The notes under the pieces: model-generated | The model's database searches: none | Seen by the model: only the letters and a program-made list of their open reading frames with translations | Told to the model about the DNA's origin: nothing | Program-made: the position numbers and the translations under genes | Shown here: positions 61,201-64,000 of the stretch, in pieces | How positions within the stretch are numbered: the first letter of the stretch is position 1 | Layout: every line of letters begins with the position of its first letter | Assembly (NCBI GenBank): GCA_965235115.1 | Contig: OZ249441.1 | Span: forward strand, 6,386,001 to 6,450,000 | Reading direction: 5' to 3' | Origin: Laetmonice hystrix | Taxonomy: Eukaryota | DNA length: 64,000 nucleotides

Positions 61201-62855
61201 GTCCCAGCCCCTATTCCCTGACCTGTCGCCACTTCTGTCCCAGCCCCTATTCCCTGACCTGTCCCCACTTCTGTCCCAGCCCCTATTCCCTGACCTGTCC
61301 CCACTTCTGTCCCAGCCCCTATTCCCTGACCTGTCCCCACTTCTGTCCCGGCGGGCCCTATTCCCTGACCTGTCCCCACTTCTGTCCCAGCCCCTATTCC
61401 CTGACCTGTCCCCACTTCTGCCCCAGCCCCTATTCCCTGACCTGTCCCCTGGTCTATCCCCACGCCCTCCCTAGTCTCCCCGGCTAACTCCCCACCCTCA
61501 CACGTAACAGGCTGTGTGGGCTGCCCTTGTTTTTCTACCTTCTGGACCTGATGATCAACACCAACTTTTCTTACTCCCACACAGTCTGGACCATGAAGGT
61601 CCATAGTTTCTCTTTGTGCGATCTCACCTCTCCGAACCTCATCATCTTGTTTTTTACCCTCAGGTGATGTGTTTTGGTTGTTAAACACTTTACCTTCTGG
61701 GCTTTCAGGTTTTTCTACCTCACCCTCTATGTTATATTCTTCATGCTCTAATTCAACCTCTTGTGTCACTTCACTATCAAATCGTTGACGTTTGACACGT
61801 TCTTCTAACTCCCGGATCTTCTGCTCATCAATTTCGAAATCTTTTGACACCTGATCGTCAAGTTTTGTATCTGTTGCTACCTGAAGTAAAGAATCTAGTT
61901 TGACCCGGGGTTGGAGAGTTTGTCTCTCGCTTAGTTCAGTTATATAACTCTCAAGATGATCAGTTTGCCTGGACCTCATACCTTCATTCCTGACTACCTC
62001 ACACTGTGAACCGTTTCCCGGACCAGACCCTGTCTGACCCCCTTGATCCTCCTTCACACCCTGAGGCTCTCCTCCCTGTCCTGTCAGATTACCAGTGTCC
62101 GGGTTGGTTTCCTTAACCCCGTCACTATCTACTTTACGGTTTGTCTCACATCTAATAATAGGCCGTTCTGCTCGATCGGATTTGGTAAAACTTTCCTCCC
62201 TGATTACATTTAGAACCCGTCGTTTCAGTTCTACACTCTCGCTGACCTCTGACCCCGACCTTCCCTCCTCTCCTCCGGCTATAACAGTTACGTCATTATC
62301 AGCACACCGTGTTTGATCCACGGACAACTTTTTATCTCCTGACCCACTTATGTCCTCATCCACGACAGGTGCTGCCACGTGACCACTTTCATCACAAAGT
62401 ACAATATCTGGAGGAGCACCTGCCGCCTCCTCCTGCGTCTTACAATCTCCACCGTCCTCCTGTACGGACCGGGCGTCAGTAGTGACGTCACCGTCTCCTC
62501 CAGGGTGAGAGCATGATCTCCACAGATCCTTAAGGTGTATTTTTTTTCTCTCAGTTACCACTGTAATAGTATCTGAACCCGCAGTCCTCCAGACCTGCTC
62601 TCCCGCCCGGCCTACACTGGAGTACCTCCGGGGGCTCGCTGCCTGCACGGTATCCTCAGCCGGTCCTCCAGGCCGGAGGAGGCGGCAGTCCAGGCTGTTA
62701 GACCTCCGTGGGTGATACTCCCGGCTCCCGGCTCCTCCAGTGTCCGGCGGCCGGTCGGTCCTGATCTCCCGCCACTCCTCCCGTATGTTAGGGTCGCGGA
62801 CAATGTTAGTGCCCTCCTCCGTCTGTTCGCCTAGCTTCCCCTCCTGCTGACCCAT
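58203..62855 (-). CDS. 1550-aa uninterrupted low-complexity acidic/Gly-rich ORF nested in a SHANK intron (nested gene or alternative SHANK first exon)
   Basis: 4653-nt stop-free frame; ACCATGG start context with an in-frame TAG just upstream (62868-62870). Internal coding repeats keep the frame. ATTAAA at 58172-58177 on the minus strand. No recognisable folded domain. Confidence 0.75.
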   Translation of the reverse strand: MGQQEGKLGEQTEEGTNIVRDPNIREEWREIRTDRPPDTGGAGSREYHPRRSNSLDCRLLRPGGPAEDTVQAASPRRYSSVGRAGEQVWRTAGSDTITVVTERKKIHLKDLWRSCSHPGGDGDVTTDARSVQEDGGDCKTQEEAAGAPPDIVLCDESGHVAAPVVDEDISGSGDKKLSVDQTRCADNDVTVIAGGEEGRSGSEVSESVELKRRVLNVIREESFTKSDRAERPIIRCETNRKVDSDGVKETNPDTGNLTGQGGEPQGVKEDQGGQTGSGPGNGSQCEVVRNEGMRSRQTDHLESYITELSERQTLQPRVKLDSLLQVATDTKLDDQVSKDFEIDEQKIRELEERVKRQRFDSEVTQEVELEHEEYNIEGEVEKPESPEGKVFNNQNTSPEGKKQDDEVRRGEIAQRETMDLHGPDCVGVRKVGVDHQVQKVEKQGQPTQPVTCEGGELAGETREGVGIDQGTGQGIGAGAEVGTGQGIGAGTEVGTGQGIGPAGTEVGTGQGIGAGTEVGTGQGIGAGTEVGTGQGIGAGTEVATGQGIGAGTEVATGQGIGPAGREVATGQGIGPAGTEVATGQGIGAGAEVGTGQGIGPAGTEVATGQGIGAGTEVATGQGIGPAGREVATGQGIGPAGTEVGTGQGIGPAGTEVRTGQGIGPAGREVGTGQGIGPGTEVGTNQGERSTTGQIGQGIGGEIGTVIGEGAGEICQDIGRSEGQIRQKLGARTDAEGHQGQSKHYVGQVEGQKVDIIHLKGQNIDLNDLIKRDEVIGVVGLAVGGSAQWMSVRQAPEGAECGVVLLVENPDKGQSVHSVPGDLAKAPVSSRHPQDHTEVGTDGRRVATGGQDDSRSENGCRGLGDVKGTTPGKGEERGHVSGLGQDGECVATAGEMRESGNGGTKEILVIEGKSSRSEGDISRLEGTLARQEGELSKPEGQLSKPEGELSKPEGQLSKPEGQLSKPEGQLSKPEGELLKPEGELSKPGGELSTPEGELSKPEGELSRPEGELSTPEIVLTGPDRELSRPEGELYRSDGELSRSEGESSEPEGKFSGPDGELSAPDRELPGEADVRTSDQPLRTITDTGGCGAHGTEPVIKDSSGKMNTASTNKAGLVIDDPTEEKETVKEKSGACDRVGDVSLVDGRVANETGEGRTKNLPVKGALEPCGETARSFSHSDVASSSEGSGVVTEVTARRPASVFVDQCYEDALVGVRKAIERQLMTSSQQPISEPHTKPSDEPCSLIGDGESDTRGRWMCVMVQDETEKKENKGQERFVRSPGQEENISPEKRDNSASVVPSDFTSECCQKVCDTDEIMQQEARVGTYNVIFSPLPESNYVIQRSQTHYRPIKGPLTNQGRPSPGKPVSITGQGSSSPGKPVSITGQGSSSPGKPVSNTGQGTPRKPVSITSPGLTQRNARRKVPPTPPPRKYPPPLSPNPPASLKSAIRPAAPSGDPLKTSKKKRVSFGDVSPGLESTIVPPELGVAVSQVSDSTRAAVPTAVPTDVRETREGETVDDRKAFIDVSQTTAGGVQEGKPGEVERSRGSDSLI
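59735..60100 (-). repeat. 21-bp coding repeat (KPEGELS)n
   Basis: TTGATAACT(C/G)CCCCTCAGG(T/C) period 21 within the 1550-aa ORF. Confidence 0.93.
60785..61474 (-). repeat. 33/36-bp coding repeat (GTGQGIG[P]AG[T/R]EV)n, about 20 copies
   Basis: CCCTATTCCCTGACCTGTC(C/G)CCACTTCTG repeated within the 1550-aa ORF. Confidence 0.95.
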
Positions 62856-64000
62856 GGTCAGTCCCGCCTACTGGAGGACCCCGACCTCCACTCCTCCAGT
62901 AGTTTGTCCTCCGTTGGGTGTCGCCGGTTTGTGTGGCCGTGCCTGCCCGGAGAGGGAGGGATTGCGGAGCGTACAGACAGCCCTCCCTGTGTTGGCCGCG
63001 GCCCGACCACTTGTGTCTGGGGACGGTCCGGGCCCCAGCCTCCCGCTCCACTGGCTGCGGGAGGGGGCGGGGGGGGGGGGCGGGGGCGGGGGTCGCTGAG
63101 ACTGGATCCCGTGGCTATCAACAAAAACACCCTAACTCCACTCCCAGCCAGCCCACTCAGAGAACACAGACTTTTTCCTGGCCTGATCCTTGACTGGCTG
63201 CCAGGGATGGGATGCCCCCGGGTAGACAGGAGCCTAGGGTTCTCCCTCAACCCCCTTCCCCACCCCCTTCCTATCTCAACCACCCCTCAGTGACGACCTC
63301 CCGTCCTGTGTTTATTATGCCTCATCAGGTGGCAGTGGTCATGCCACACGCTTCCCGTCACGGTTTTAAACACCCTCACTGTGATCAGCTGTCACTGTCA
63401 CCGTTAGAGTTAAAACTCAAGGGAGGGGGGTTCTCCCTTTACCCCACTTATCCACCCCTCCCCCGCCTAACCACCTGGGTGGGGCCCAATCCAATGTTTG
63501 GCTAACCTATTTGTCTATAGGGAGAATGGCCGGGGTGTTTTTATTGGGGGGAAATGGGAGAAATTGGCATCTGGTGGTGAAAACCATACGTGAGCTGGGG
63601 AAGCGATGATAAACTCTACCGACCCACGTACTTAACAAAAAGCGGGTCTCCCTAACCGCGGACCCAGTCCCATTACGCTCTCCATGCAGTGTCACTAACA
63701 GGGAAATGACATGTCATCGTGTTTAGTCTGGCGTTTCCAGGGCCACTAAGATAACTCGCCGTCAATTGTCTTCCGCGGTTCATTTTGACTGCTGGTTGAT
63801 TCAGTAACCTGATCACCTTTATTTCCCGCCATAAAGGGACGGAACTTTTTTCTGAGTTGATCGTGTTACAGCTATACAGGGTGTCCCAAAAAAATGCCAA
63901 GCTGGGCAACCTCAGAACCTATGTTCCCCCATATCCTGATAGGGAATCTTCTTCCATCAAAGATCGTCTTTAATTCATCAAAATCAGTCAAGCAAACCAA

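Noticed and set aside
60785-61487. Plus-strand 229/228-aa ORFs (PDLSPLLS and Cys/His-rich repeats)
   Set aside because: Antisense shadows of the coding repeat; the apparent Cys/His metal-binding pattern is incidental.
62858-63283. 141-aa Pro-rich ORF ending 2 nt before the 1550-aa ATG (possible frameshifted extension or reinitiation pair)
   Set aside because: No internal ATG. The stops at 62858-62870 lie downstream of the G homopolymer, so an assembly indel there would not join the frames.

Overview
Eukaryotic, intron-rich and repeat-rich genomic DNA from a bilaterian invertebrate (the taxon is an inference from mollusc-like SINE fragments and gene structure). No prokaryotic features or CRISPR arrays are present. 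The one gene I can name is a minus-strand SHANK/ProSAP synaptic scaffold. Four of its exons splice in phase: two PDZ exons (56703-56836, 53217-53388), the APPKR linker exon (49495-49593) and a 3.8-kb terminal exon with Pro-rich region and SAM domain (44658-48478). Its 5' exons (ANK, SH3, start of PDZ) lie beyond the window end. A 1550-aa intronless low-complexity ORF (58203-62855) sits on the same strand inside the SHANK intron that splits the PDZ domain. A second, unidentified minus-strand gene probably starts at 41654. Scattered small exon candidates occur on both strands in 1-41 kb. The rest is minisatellites, MITEs (PIF/Harbinger-like, MULE-like) and SINE fragments. The most striking pattern is tandem repeats built from splice junctions: 30 tandem copies of a SHANK 3' splice site where every decoy leads to a stop, a triplicated acceptor on the preceding PDZ exon, and an array of complete 93-nt cassette-exon copies separated by 22-nt GT..AG spacers at the window start.
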